Below, piece after piece: positions 8,590 to 18,270 of a DNA stretch of 64,000 bases; position 1 is the first letter of the stretch, and the number at the start of each line of letters is the position of its first letter. The stretch is taken from contig OZ219926.1 in NCBI GenBank assembly GCA_964291405.2, positions 2,048,001 to 2,112,000 of the forward strand, in the 5' to 3' direction. The translations under genes and the position numbers were made by a program. The DNA comes from Thermodesulfobacteriota bacterium. GTDB taxonomy: Bacteria > Desulfobacterota > Binatia > Bin18. Under the pieces are notes generated by a model that did not search any database, was not told the origin of the DNA, and saw only the letters and a list, made by a program, of their open reading frames with translations.

Positions 8590-10050
8590 TCACGCCTCTT
8601 CCGCTTTAGCGTAGCCGAGGCTGCGGATGTCCTGCCCGTGTCCCTGCCGGGTGATGGTGTATTTGCTGACCAGATAGATAGAAATCCAGGGTAGGCTCAG
8701 GCTGAGAACGACATGGAAAATGGCCAAATTGCGTATTGGCTCCTGCATGGCCTCCACGCTCGGATTGGGAACCGAGAAGCCGAAGGCCGACAGCAGCAGA
8801 CCCACGATGAGCACCCCACCGGCGCTGATCATCTTCTGGGCCAGGGCCGGTCCCGTGGTCAACAGGCCCTCGCTGCGGCGACCGGTCTGGCGTTGGCTTT
8901 CCTCCACGATATCCGCGGTCATGGAGCCGACCAGGATAAATCCCGTCACCACTAGTGATACCACGAATGTGCTGTGCAGCAAGAGCAACCACCACAACAC
9001 GTCGGTTCCATTGGCCGGAAACAACGCGACGGACACCAGCGGGTCGAGCAGCCGCAGTACAACCGGCAGCGGTCCCAGCGTGGCCGACAGCAGAAACAGG
9101 CCGATCGCGGTGCGCTTCTTGTCTCGCCCGCGCGTCAGCGGATAGACCAGCAGCCCGCAACTGATGGCAACGAGCATATGGACGACCGGAAAGACCTGGA
9201 CGTGCTCCGGTGTCCACTGCCAGAAATACAGATCATAATAGCGGTCCGTATTGCTGTGCAGGCCGACGTACAGAGCAAAGACCAGCCCCGCGGCAAACAG
9301 CATCAACCACGAACGGTTCGACAGCGTCTCGACGATTTCCCGGCTCAGCTGGCGCAGGCTGAACCCACCGGCGGACTCATCCTCGGGAACGTGCAGGGCG
9401 GGGATGTGGCGGTGCAGGCCGAGCGTTGAGGTCATGCCGGTCGCGAAAATGATCACCCCCCCTATCCAGGCCATGCTGCGATAGCCGTCCGGGTTCAGAT
9501 AAGCCCGCGAGCCCTGATACTCGGCGGTCTCCGGCAATAAAAAGGCCAGCGTCAGCCAGGCGAACCCGGCGCCCCCAAACCAGCCGTAGGAAGTACTCCA
9601 GCCGACCAGTTGCGTCCGCTGGTCGTAGTCCTTGGTGAGTTCCGGACCGAGGGCGGCCCGCGGGATTTCATATAAGGTCATCGACACCCGCACGGCCACG
9701 GCCAGACACAGCAGCCGCACGAACAGGCCGTTCTGGCTCATATCGGACGGCGGCTGGAGCAGCGCGTAGAACGAGACGGCAAACGGCAAAATGCCAGCAT
9801 ACATGAAGGGGTGGCGTCGACCCCAGCGCGTACGCACCCGGTCCGACCAGACGCCGACCAGCGGGTCGGTGATCGCATCGACCACCAGAGCCAGGGCCAA
9901 GGCCAGTCCGGCCAGGGCCGGGTCCAGTCCCAGCACCTGATTGTAGTAGACCAGCACCCAGCCGCCGAAGACGTGGTTCTTCACGCCGCTGGCGATGGCG
10001 CCGAACCCGAACGCGTTCAGAGTGCCACGGCTGGCGCGGTGGGTGTACAC
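8590..10050 (-). CDS. MFS transporter, GPH/MFS_2 (MelB-like) family
   Basis: About 12 hydrophobic segments. DAITDPLVG..SDR..TRWGRRHPF, ELTKDYDQRT and TGRRSEG motifs. Confidence 0.9.
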   Translation of the reverse strand: MYTHRASRGTLNAFGFGAIASGVKNHVFGGWVLVYYNQVLGLDPALAGLALALALVVDAITDPLVGVWSDRVRTRWGRRHPFMYAGILPFAVSFYALLQPPSDMSQNGLFVRLLCLAVAVRVSMTLYEIPRAALGPELTKDYDQRTQLVGWSTSYGWFGGAGFAWLTLAFLLPETAEYQGSRAYLNPDGYRSMAWIGGVIIFATGMTSTLGLHRHIPALHVPEDESAGGFSLRQLSREIVETLSNRSWLMLFAAGLVFALYVGLHSNTDRYYDLYFWQWTPEHVQVFPVVHMLVAISCGLLVYPLTRGRDKKRTAIGLFLLSATLGPLPVVLRLLDPLVSVALFPANGTDVLWWLLLLHSTFVVSLVVTGFILVGSMTADIVEESQRQTGRRSEGLLTTGPALAQKMISAGGVLIVGLLLSAFGFSVPNPSVEAMQEPIRNLAIFHVVLSLSLPWISIYLVSKYTITRQGHGQDIRSLGYAKAEEA

Positions 10051-10056
10051 GACCGG

Positions 10057-11886
10057 CTACGTGAGCTCCACGCCCTCCAGACGGCCGGTGGATCGCCAGT
10101 CGTCGAGGATACGGAAAAACTTGATGGGTCCGGCCCCATAGGTGCCGGCGAAAAATCCGTTGTCAGTATCAAGCTTGCCCTCGTTGTTGTAATAGCCCGG
10201 TGTGCACTCGGCATAAAACCGTTCGGCAATGCGCGACTTGTCCTTCATCTCGGCCAGCCACATGTCTTCGGCTTCGAGCGTGGCCTCAATCCGGGTTGCG
10301 TCTCGCTGGCGGGCCTGGTCGAGGATATAGGTGACGTGCTTGGCCTGCTCGTTCAGGGCATGCGGGACGTTGACCGACAGGGCGGTCTGGGTGAAGCCGA
10401 GGAAAAAACAGTTCGGGAACCCGTTGGCCTGGAGTCCGAACAGGGTGCGCCAGCCCTTGGCCCACTTGTCGCTCAAGGAAAGGCCGTTACGACCAATGAT
10501 GTCGTAGCCGGCCCGGCGGGTATAGCTGGTGCCGACCTCGAAGCCGGTGGCAAAAACGATGCAATCGACCGGGTACTCGGTCCCGTTGGCCACGATACCT
10601 CGCTCGGTGATGCGCTCAATGCCCCGGCCGTCGGTATCGACCAGGATCACGTTCGGCCGGTTGAAGGTCGGCAGGTATTCGTCGTGGAAGCAGGGCCGTT
10701 TGCAGAACTGCCGGTACCAGGGCTTGAGGGCCTCGGCCGTGTTCGGATCGTTGACGATGGCCTCGGCCCGGTCGCGCACCTGATTCATCTTCTGGAAGTC
10801 GAGCAGCTCCATGAGTTGGCCCTTCTCCCGTGAGGTGAGACGCCGCCCCAGCTCGCGGGAAGCCGTCTTGGCGGCAATACCGGTCAGGTTGCGGAAAATC
10901 TCGGTCCAGCCGTCGGCCACGAGGTCTTCGTCCTGGTCGCCACCGCTAACCAGAATGTTGAAGTTGTCCATGCGTCGCTGCTGCCAGCCCGGTTCGAGTT
11001 GCTGGGCAAAGTCCGGCCCGGTTTCCCGGTTGTTACGCACGTCAATGGACGAGGGGGTACGCTGGAACACATAGAGATGCTTGGCCCACTCGCCGAGGTG
11101 GGGAATGCACTGCACCGCGGTCGCGCCCGTGCCGATGATGGCGACACGTTTATCGCTCAGGCCGGTGAGATTCCCATCCGAGTCGCCACCGGTATAGTCA
11201 TAGTCCCAGCGGCTGGTGTGAAAGGTATGGCCCTTGAAGCTGGTGATGCCGGGGATACCGGGCAGCTTGGGCCGGTTGAGCGGCCCGTTGGCCATGGCCA
11301 CGAATTGCGCCCGGATGGCGTCGCCCCGGTCGGTATGAATAATCCAGCGCCCGCTCGTGTCGTCCCAGCGCATGTCGCTCACCCCGGTTTGGAGGCAGGC
11401 GTTTTTGTACAGGTCGTAGTGGCGGGCGATGGCCTTGCTGTGCTCAAAGATTTCGGGCGCGTACGAGTATTTATGCTTGGGGATATAGTTCAGCTCTTCG
11501 AGCAGCGGCAGATAGCAGTACGACTCAACATCGCACATGGCACCGGGATAGCGATTCCAATACCAGGTGCCGCCAAAGTCACCGGCCTTCTCAATGACTC
11601 GGATATCGTTAAAGCCGGCCTCGCGCAGTCGGCCTCCCATCAGCAGTCCGCCGAAACCGCCGCCGATGATGGCCACCTGGACCTCGTCATGAAGCGGGTC
11701 GCGCTCGACCCACTCGGTATAGGGGTCGTCGGTATAGCTGGCAAATTCGTCAGCAACTTCCTGGTACTGGGCGTTGCCGTCCTCGCGCAGCCGCTTGTCG
11801 CGCTCGTAGCGATATTTGGCCCGCAGTTCGTTCGGGTCAAAGCCTAATTTTTCTTTTGGGTCATCCCCCAACAGGTCGATGCTCAT
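10057..11886 (-). CDS. Type I Baeyer-Villiger monooxygenase
   Basis: GGGFGG, GGTWYWNRYPG..CD, fingerprint FKGHTFHTSRWDY, second Rossmann GTGATA, ATGF. Confidence 0.93.
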   Translation of the reverse strand: MSIDLLGDDPKEKLGFDPNELRAKYRYERDKRLREDGNAQYQEVADEFASYTDDPYTEWVERDPLHDEVQVAIIGGGFGGLLMGGRLREAGFNDIRVIEKAGDFGGTWYWNRYPGAMCDVESYCYLPLLEELNYIPKHKYSYAPEIFEHSKAIARHYDLYKNACLQTGVSDMRWDDTSGRWIIHTDRGDAIRAQFVAMANGPLNRPKLPGIPGITSFKGHTFHTSRWDYDYTGGDSDGNLTGLSDKRVAIIGTGATAVQCIPHLGEWAKHLYVFQRTPSSIDVRNNRETGPDFAQQLEPGWQQRRMDNFNILVSGGDQDEDLVADGWTEIFRNLTGIAAKTASRELGRRLTSREKGQLMELLDFQKMNQVRDRAEAIVNDPNTAEALKPWYRQFCKRPCFHDEYLPTFNRPNVILVDTDGRGIERITERGIVANGTEYPVDCIVFATGFEVGTSYTRRAGYDIIGRNGLSLSDKWAKGWRTLFGLQANGFPNCFFLGFTQTALSVNVPHALNEQAKHVTYILDQARQRDATRIEATLEAEDMWLAEMKDKSRIAERFYAECTPGYYNNEGKLDTDNGFFAGTYGAGPIKFFRILDDWRSTGRLEGVELT

Positions 11887-12023
11887 GCGTCTCTCCTCGG
11901 TCCTACTTCCCAGTATACCGTTGATTCCTCAACGGGTTGCTCTGCATAATGCGCGAGCAGTCTAAAGAATATTCGCTGGTGCGTCTATTGGGCCACCGGA
12001 CGCCCATGTTGGAGGATACCCGC

Positions 12024-12761
12024 GTGAGTCAGCCCGCAGAATATGATGCCATTGCCGAAGCCTACCAGGACTCCAAGCGACTACCGTTTCGAGAATATGT
12101 CGAACGCTATACCCTGTTCGACATGCTGGGCGATGTGCGCGGGAAGGCAGTGCTGGACGTTGCCTGTGGCGAGGGATTCTACACGCGTCTGATCAAACAG
12201 GCCGGGGCCGCGGAGGTCACGGGCGTCGATATCTCCGCGGCGATGATCCAACTGGCGGAACAAGAAGAGCGGCGAGATCCCCTGGGCTGCCGCTATCTGC
12301 ACTGGGACGTGGCGCAGTTTGAGCCGTCCAGACCTGTTGACGTGGTCGTGGCCATGTATCTGCTGAGCTATGCCAGCAGCCGGGAAATGCTCCATCGCTT
12401 CTGCCAAGTCTGTTCCGATGCGCTCCGACCGGGCGGTCGGCTGGTCGGTATCAAAGACAACATCCATAGTCCTCTCGGGGGCAGGGTGTCGCCGACAAAA
12501 TACGGAATTGAAAGAACGTTTACAGCCCCCCTGACTGAGGGTGACGCCGTGCCCTATACCCTCACCAACGAAGACGGGCAAACGTTTTCGTTCACCAATT
12601 TCTTCTTCAAACCGGAAACCTATCAAGACGCCTTTCGGGCGGCCGGGTTTCGAGAGTTCGAGTGGGTCCCCGTCGCGATACACCCGTCCCAGCGCACCGA
12701 TCCCTTCTGGAACGACTTCCTGCGGGACCCGCCGCTGATCGCCTTTTCCGCGTTGAAATAA
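12024..12761 (+). CDS. Class I SAM-dependent methyltransferase
   Basis: VLDVACGEG, GVDIS..MI and LRPGG motifs. GGAGG RBS before GTG 12024. Confidence 0.88.
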   Translation: MSQPAEYDAIAEAYQDSKRLPFREYVERYTLFDMLGDVRGKAVLDVACGEGFYTRLIKQAGAAEVTGVDISAAMIQLAEQEERRDPLGCRYLHWDVAQFEPSRPVDVVVAMYLLSYASSREMLHRFCQVCSDALRPGGRLVGIKDNIHSPLGGRVSPTKYGIERTFTAPLTEGDAVPYTLTNEDGQTFSFTNFFFKPETYQDAFRAAGFREFEWVPVAIHPSQRTDPFWNDFLRDPPLIAFSALK

Positions 12762-12763
12762 GG

Positions 12764-13984
12764 CTAGGGAATCGTTCTTGCCAGGCGAAAGCCGAGGCTG
12801 ATATTGCGGTCGCTAGGCTCATAGCGGAAGCGATTTACCACACGACACGAGTCGGCGCGGCTGCGCCACCCTCCGCCGCGACCAACCCGGCTGCTACCCG
12901 TGGCCGGGCCTTGGGAGTCCGTGACCGAATCGGCGGGGTAGTCTCCATACCAGTCCGCCACCCACTCCCAGACGTTGCCATGCATATCATACAGCCCCCA
13001 CTGGTTGGGCTGATAACTCCCGACCGGGGCGGGTCCGCTGGCGACACCGTCCGAGCAGGCCGTGTTTCGCCATCTCAGGCCCGAACTGCTGTCGGCGTGA
13101 TTCGCATACTGGCAGAGTCCAGACTCCGCATCGCCAAAGTGATACCGCGTCTGCGTCCCGGCCCGGGCCGCGTACTCCCATTCGGCTTCGGTCGGCAGCC
13201 GGTAGGTCGTCTCTCCCGTCCGTGCGTTCAACTCCGCGATAAAGGTCTCGACCTCCTCCCAGGAAACCCCCTCCACCGGGCAGGTATCGCCGCAGTGGCG
13301 GAAAAACGACGGATTGTCTCCCATCACCGCTCGCCACTGCGCTTGGGTGACTTCGTATTTCCCCAGGTAAAACGGCTGGCTGATCGTCACCTGGTGGAGT
13401 GTTTCGTCCTCTTCATGGTCCTCCGCTTCCGCCGGCGAGCCCATTTGGAACGTGCCCGCCTCAATCCGCACAAATTCCATCGCGAGGCTGTTGATCAGAT
13501 CCTCGCCCTCGAGCCCGAGCACCATCTCCAGGTGTTGCGTGCTCTGGTTCCACTCAAACCGCACGCTCTCCCCAGGCGATGGAAAATCCAGCACCCGGAC
13601 CTGGGCGCTCGCCCCTTTTACAAACTCCTCCCCGGTAGTCGCCACCTCGAACGTACTCCGCGCAAACTCCACCCCACCATCGTAGGCCACGGCGGTGTGA
13701 GTCCCATCATCCAGATGCGCCCAGTTCCAGACCGTACTAAAGCCGTTGTTTGTGTCGCCACACACCCCGGCGGTATCGGACCGCTCACGGCGGTACGGCA
13801 GGGGAATCGGGTCGCCATCGTTGAAACGGACTGTAATCAGTCCGCTGGCTTCACACTTCCAGCCCGAGATAACTCCGATACCTGACAATTTGGCTCCATT
13901 GCCGGGAATCTCAAGCATGGCGGCATGAGCCAGAGCCGGAACCAGGACAACAACGAGGCCACAGAGACGGAGTAAGAGATGCAT
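12764..13984 (-). CDS. Secreted protein: unannotated N-terminal module plus formylglycine-generating-enzyme (SUMF1/FGE-sulfatase) domain
   Basis: Signal peptide ending AHA. C-terminal F.MGS, YEVTQAQW, RLPTEAEWEYAAR, GLYDMHGNVWEW, GFRLA. Confidence 0.88.
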   Translation of the reverse strand: MHLLLRLCGLVVVLVPALAHAAMLEIPGNGAKLSGIGVISGWKCEASGLITVRFNDGDPIPLPYRRERSDTAGVCGDTNNGFSTVWNWAHLDDGTHTAVAYDGGVEFARSTFEVATTGEEFVKGASAQVRVLDFPSPGESVRFEWNQSTQHLEMVLGLEGEDLINSLAMEFVRIEAGTFQMGSPAEAEDHEEDETLHQVTISQPFYLGKYEVTQAQWRAVMGDNPSFFRHCGDTCPVEGVSWEEVETFIAELNARTGETTYRLPTEAEWEYAARAGTQTRYHFGDAESGLCQYANHADSSSGLRWRNTACSDGVASGPAPVGSYQPNQWGLYDMHGNVWEWVADWYGDYPADSVTDSQGPATGSSRVGRGGGWRSRADSCRVVNRFRYEPSDRNISLGFRLARTIP

Positions 13985-14077
13985 CAAGTCCTCCTCACCG
14001 AGCGATGAATGGGGTTCGATATAGCACACGACTCTGGCGGCTTCACGGGCGGCGGGTAAGTGCGACCAGGCTCCTAC

Positions 14078-14494
14078 TCACTCTCTGCCAAGACGTTCCA
14101 AGGCTTCACGGGCAGTCACCGTGGGGATGCTGTGGACCTCCCCAAGTGCGAGCATGTGTTTCTTATCACCGGAGACGATCAAGTCGGCTTTCCCGGCGAT
14201 TGCCGCAGCCAAAATCGGGTTATCCTTTGGGTCGGGGGATAAGTGCACGCCGGGAGGCTCGTCAAGGACAAGGGCGCGGGTACCGAGGTTCTCAACAATA
14301 GCTACCGCTTCATCGGTGTCGATAAACCTATGGAGGCGGGGTCGGGCGAGAACATCGGCAAGTTCGGCCAGTTGTGCGGTTGACGTGACAAGCTCAAACT
14401 CACCGCGCAGCCATGCCTGATACAATCGGTCGGGTGGAGTGCCCTTAGTGATAAGGGCACCGATCAGGATATTGGTATCAAGCACGACCCGCAC
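14078..14494 (-). CDS. PIN-domain TA toxin (VapC-like)
   Basis: RVVLDTNILI, DPKDNPILAAA..G.AD.IVSGDKKH. GTG start overlaps the upstream antitoxin. Confidence 0.88.
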   Translation of the reverse strand: MRVVLDTNILIGALITKGTPPDRLYQAWLRGEFELVTSTAQLAELADVLARPRLHRFIDTDEAVAIVENLGTRALVLDEPPGVHLSPDPKDNPILAAAIAGKADLIVSGDKKHMLALGEVHSIPTVTAREALERLGRE

Positions 14495-14714
14495 GTGCGG
14501 CGTCCACTTCCTCGTCAATCAGGTCAAGGATGGCCTGTTGGTCCTGTCCGGCGTTGTGGTCCTTGATCTGACGCACGGTGAGGTCCAACACGCGGCGACG
14601 CACGGCTTCATCAACGAACCGGGACAAGTCGCCCTTCTTACCGCCGGTACGGGCTAAAAAGGTGCGAACCGCCCGGTCCGTCTGTTCAGGGATAGAGAGA
14701 TTCCAACGGGTCAT
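14478..14714 (-). CDS. Ribbon-helix-helix antitoxin
   Basis: RWNLSIP..TD..VR.FLA..GGKKGDLSRFVDEAV has an RHH-type pattern. Lies upstream of and overlaps the PIN gene. Confidence 0.8.
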   Translation of the reverse strand: MTRWNLSIPEQTDRAVRTFLARTGGKKGDLSRFVDEAVRRRVLDLTVRQIKDHNAGQDQQAILDLIDEEVDAARAGRA

Positions 14715-14730
14715 AGATCAACTTTCCACA

Positions 14731-14785
14731 TATATGCATATACACTTATGCGCTTACGCTACCACGCCCCGGCCCGTACCGTCAA
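14731..14785 (-). promoter_or_regulatory. Candidate TA promoter and palindromic operator
   Basis: Minus strand TTGACG (14785-14780)-N18-TAGCGT (14761-14756). Perfect 12-bp palindrome TATATGCATATA at 14731-14742, between promoter and start codon. Confidence 0.45.
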
Positions 14786-14906
14786 TTTCCCGCATGGAGT
14801 TACCGCTAATACTTCCGGTGATGGCTAGGTTTTTGTCACGGGCCTGTATACTATGCGGTAATTAAGGCGTGTTATCAGGGGTTATCACCCCGGAAGGAGC
14901 AGGGCT

Positions 14907-15278
14907 ATGCGACTCCAACTGGCGCTCAACGTTCGTGACCTCAATGAGGCGGTCGAGTATTACTCGAAGCTTTTTGCCGTCAAACCGCACAAACTGAGAG
15001 ATGGCTATGCAAATTTTGCGATTGATACGCCGCCGCTCAAGCTGGTCTTGTTCGAGAACCCGGAGGCCGAGGAACGGCTGAATCATCTCGGGGTCGAGGT
15101 GTTTGATGAGGCCGAGGTTGCTTCTGCGGCAGAGCGGTTCGAGGCCGCGGGTATTGCGCCCGAGGTCCAGCGCAATAAGACGTGTTGCCACGCGACCCAG
15201 AACAAGGTGTGGGCCCTGGAACCGCAGGGACTGCGCTGGGAATGGTATCGGATCACCGACGATGAACCTGCGGAGTGA
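14907..15278 (+). CDS. ArsI/CadI-family VOC (glyoxalase-like) metalloenzyme
   Basis: RLQLALNV.DL, GYANFAI..PPLKLVL.E, LNHLGVEV, TCCHA.QNKVW, WEWY. Confidence 0.85.
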   Translation: MRLQLALNVRDLNEAVEYYSKLFAVKPHKLRDGYANFAIDTPPLKLVLFENPEAEERLNHLGVEVFDEAEVASAAERFEAAGIAPEVQRNKTCCHATQNKVWALEPQGLRWEWYRITDDEPAE

Positions 15279-15281
15279 GGT

Positions 15282-15770
15282 ATGAGCGCGATGAATATGG
15301 AAGAGCTGGCCAAACGCCTCCAGGTGTTGGAAGACATTGAGGCGATTAAAAAAATGAAGGCTGAATTCCATGCCCTGTGTGATGAGGGCTATCAGGACCT
15401 GGACGGGATCATAGATTTTTTTGTCGAGGATGGGGTGTGGGACGGAGAGGCGTTTGGCAGGTATGAAGGCCGGGCCGCTATCCGGGCGCTTTTTGCGGAC
15501 GTGCCGAAAACGCTGCCGTTTGTCCGCCATCAGGTCATGAATCCGATTATTGAGGTCAACGGCGATACCGCGACCGGCCAGTGGTATTTATTCCAGCCGA
15601 CGACCATGGTCGGGGACGATGGGGCGCAAGCCGTCTGGGGCTCGGCCAAATACGACGAGACGTATGTCCGGGTGGATGGGAAATGGAAGTTTCAGCGGCT
15701 CGGGGTCACATTGGGATTCTGGACGCCCTACGACCAAGGCTGGGCGAAGAAGTGGACGATCCTGGATTAG
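15282..15770 (+). CDS. SnoaL-like/NTF2-family protein (LinA/BaiE-like)
   Basis: RLQVLEDIEAIK, F.EDGVWD, GRAAI, HQVMNPIIEVNGDTATG.W, YVRVDGKWKF. Confidence 0.85.
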   Translation: MSAMNMEELAKRLQVLEDIEAIKKMKAEFHALCDEGYQDLDGIIDFFVEDGVWDGEAFGRYEGRAAIRALFADVPKTLPFVRHQVMNPIIEVNGDTATGQWYLFQPTTMVGDDGAQAVWGSAKYDETYVRVDGKWKFQRLGVTLGFWTPYDQGWAKKWTILD

Positions 15771-15785
15771 CGGAAGGAAAGATAC

Positions 15786-17588
15786 ATGGATAAACCGTCG
15801 GGCATCATGGAAAAGCCCCTGATTGACCCCCTGAGCTGGCTCTCTCCATCTGCCAAGCCGCAGGCGTATTACGATGCCATAAAGCAGAAGTTCGCCGAGG
15901 AGCGAAACCTCCGGCTGGACTACCGACCGGAAGGCACGACGCAGTATACCTCTGACCTGACCGGCGTACTGGCGAAATACGAAGAGGACCCCTACGGAGG
16001 CCCGGTCATCCCGCGTGATCCCCTCGACGATCAGGTGGAATGCCTGTTTATCGGTGGCGGCTTTTCCGCCCTGCTCACCTCTGCCCGGCTGCGCAAATGT
16101 GGGGTGGAGAGCATCCGTATTGTGGAACGGGGGGCCGATGTGGGCGGCACCTGGTACTGGAACCGCTATCCAGGCGTGGCGTGTGACGTGCCGTCGTATG
16201 ACTATCTGCCGCTGCTCGACGAGATGGACTACGTGCCCAAAGATCGCTTTGCCAAGGGGCCCGAGATTTACGCCCACTGCCAGGCAATCGCCAAGAAATA
16301 CGATCTGTACCAGTCAGCGGTTTTCCAGACGACGGTGACGTCTACCATATGGGACGAAGCGGAAGAGCTGTGGCATATCCGAACCGACCGGGGCGACCAT
16401 ATGCGGGCGCAGTTCGTGATCTGTGCCAATGGCACCCTGTCCAAGCCCAAGCTGACCAGGATCGCCGGCATGGAGTCCTTTCAGGGTCACTCCTTTCACA
16501 CCTCGCGCTGGGACTATGACTATACCGGGGAAGACCTGTCGGGTCTGGCGGGCAAAGTCGTCGGGATTATCGGTACTGGGGCGACCGCGGTCCAGGCGGT
16601 TCCCGGCTTGGGGGAAGCAGCCAAGGAATTATATGTATTCCAGCGTACGCCGTCTTCGATTGACATCCGCGACGATCATCCGACCGACCCCAACTGGGCC
16701 CGGAAGCTGCAACCCGGTTGGCAGACCGAGCGACGGAACATGATGCGCAAAATCATGGACCCCCAGTTGACCGAGGAGCAGAAGGCCCAGCGTGCCGCGC
16801 TTCCCCGCGAGGAGATCATCCGCCGCCAGGAGAACGCCAATATCGACTACATGCTGCGTATCCACCAGCGCATCGACGAGATTGTGCAGGATCGGGCAAC
16901 CGCCGAGGCGCTCAAGCCGTGGTATATGTTCATGTGTAAGCGCCCGTGCTTCCACAACGACTATTTGCCGACCTTCAACCGGCCCAACGTCCATCTCGTC
17001 GATACCCACGGCAAGGGCGTCACCGAGATTACTGCAAAGGGACCGGTGTTTGAGGGGAAACAGTACGCGCTTGACCTGCTCATCTATGCAACCGGCTTTG
17101 AGGTCCAAAAAACCGGGATTTACAACCAGATCAAGGGAGTCGGCGGGCGTGAGCTAACTGAGAAATACAGCACTGGCATCCGTACCCTGTTTGGTCTCCA
17201 TACCCAGGGCTACCCGAATCTGTTCATCATGGGTGGCTATCAGTCTTCGTTCCAGTTCAATCTGACGGATATTCTCAACACCGAGGGCGATCATATCTCG
17301 GCCTGTATCGACTATGTCCGCCGCAATGGCTATCGGTCGATAGACCCGACTCCCGAGGCAGAGGAGTGGTGGGTACAGGAAGTCATCAAGCACCGGGGAA
17401 AGACCAGCCGGAACCGGGACTGTACGCCCGGCTACTACAACTTCGAGGGTGAGTTCAACCGCCGCCAGGACGGGAACTACAACGGCGGGTTCCACCGCTA
17501 TGTGCACTTCATGCAGGAAGCCCGACAGAAGATGGATAAGCACTTCGTTTTCACCAAGATAGAGGTGACTGCCAGCCGGGCGCTTTAA
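15786..17588 (+). CDS. Type I Baeyer-Villiger monooxygenase (paralog of 10057-11886)
   Basis: GGTWYWNRYPG..CD, FQGHSFHTSRWDY, GTGATA, CKRPCFH, CTPGYYN.EG. Confidence 0.93.
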   Translation: MDKPSGIMEKPLIDPLSWLSPSAKPQAYYDAIKQKFAEERNLRLDYRPEGTTQYTSDLTGVLAKYEEDPYGGPVIPRDPLDDQVECLFIGGGFSALLTSARLRKCGVESIRIVERGADVGGTWYWNRYPGVACDVPSYDYLPLLDEMDYVPKDRFAKGPEIYAHCQAIAKKYDLYQSAVFQTTVTSTIWDEAEELWHIRTDRGDHMRAQFVICANGTLSKPKLTRIAGMESFQGHSFHTSRWDYDYTGEDLSGLAGKVVGIIGTGATAVQAVPGLGEAAKELYVFQRTPSSIDIRDDHPTDPNWARKLQPGWQTERRNMMRKIMDPQLTEEQKAQRAALPREEIIRRQENANIDYMLRIHQRIDEIVQDRATAEALKPWYMFMCKRPCFHNDYLPTFNRPNVHLVDTHGKGVTEITAKGPVFEGKQYALDLLIYATGFEVQKTGIYNQIKGVGGRELTEKYSTGIRTLFGLHTQGYPNLFIMGGYQSSFQFNLTDILNTEGDHISACIDYVRRNGYRSIDPTPEAEEWWVQEVIKHRGKTSRNRDCTPGYYNFEGEFNRRQDGNYNGGFHRYVHFMQEARQKMDKHFVFTKIEVTASRAL

Positions 17589-18034
17589 TGGGTAACGAGC
17601 TCTTGGAGTTCCTCCGGGGTGGGCGTGGTCTCAAACTGCGGCAGAGTCGAAGACAACTCGTCCCACGGCTGGGCGCTCGCCGTCCAGATATCGGCGGCGA
17701 GTTCTAGCCCGTTGGGGTCATCCAGGCTGGCGGCACTGATGCCGCGGATCTCCGGAATCAGATCAGCTCGGGCCGAGACGGGAGACCCGCACTCGGCACA
17801 GAACCCCCGGTGGGTCTTAGACCCGCTCGTCCCCGTACAGACATACTCCTTCGGGGCACCCTTGGTGAACTGCACGGCCGCCTTGGAGAAAACCACATTC
17901 ACGGCAGCACCGCCTCCCGTGGAGCGTTGACAATCTCGACAGTGACACTTCCACGTAAACAGCGGCTCCGCCGTGCACGAATACCGTATCGCCCCACAGG
18001 CACATCCACCCGTCAACGGAACAGCAACAGCCAT
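17585..18034 (-). CDS. GFA (glutathione-dependent formaldehyde-activating / CENP-V) family protein
   Basis: GGCACGAIRY, CHCRDCQR and FCAECGS zinc motifs. Confidence 0.9.
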   Translation of the reverse strand: MAVAVPLTGGCACGAIRYSCTAEPLFTWKCHCRDCQRSTGGGAAVNVVFSKAAVQFTKGAPKEYVCTGTSGSKTHRGFCAECGSPVSARADLIPEIRGISAASLDDPNGLELAADIWTASAQPWDELSSTLPQFETTPTPEELQELVTH

Positions 18035-18270
18035 AAGAATATATTCCCTTCTTGTTACAACCTTATCACTTCAACAGAAGCGACCAGGGTATGCATTCAG
18101 CCTGCTGAGCGCGACTATACCAGGCGAAACCTGCCGGCTCCAGGGTCGCCACACAGACTTGTCTTGCGTTTCAGCCGGCCTGAATTATACTCTGCGCAAG
18201 CTGGGGCGGTACGTGGAAATCGTGGGAATGGGTATCAGCCTCAAGCCAACGCGAAAAAAAGGGGAACACA

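Noticed and set aside
18164-18191. TTGCGT-N16-TATACT promoter with a TTCAG/CTGAA inverted repeat upstream of the esterase
   Set aside because: Plausible, but the -35 is weak and the arms are only 5 bp, so it is not reported as a feature.
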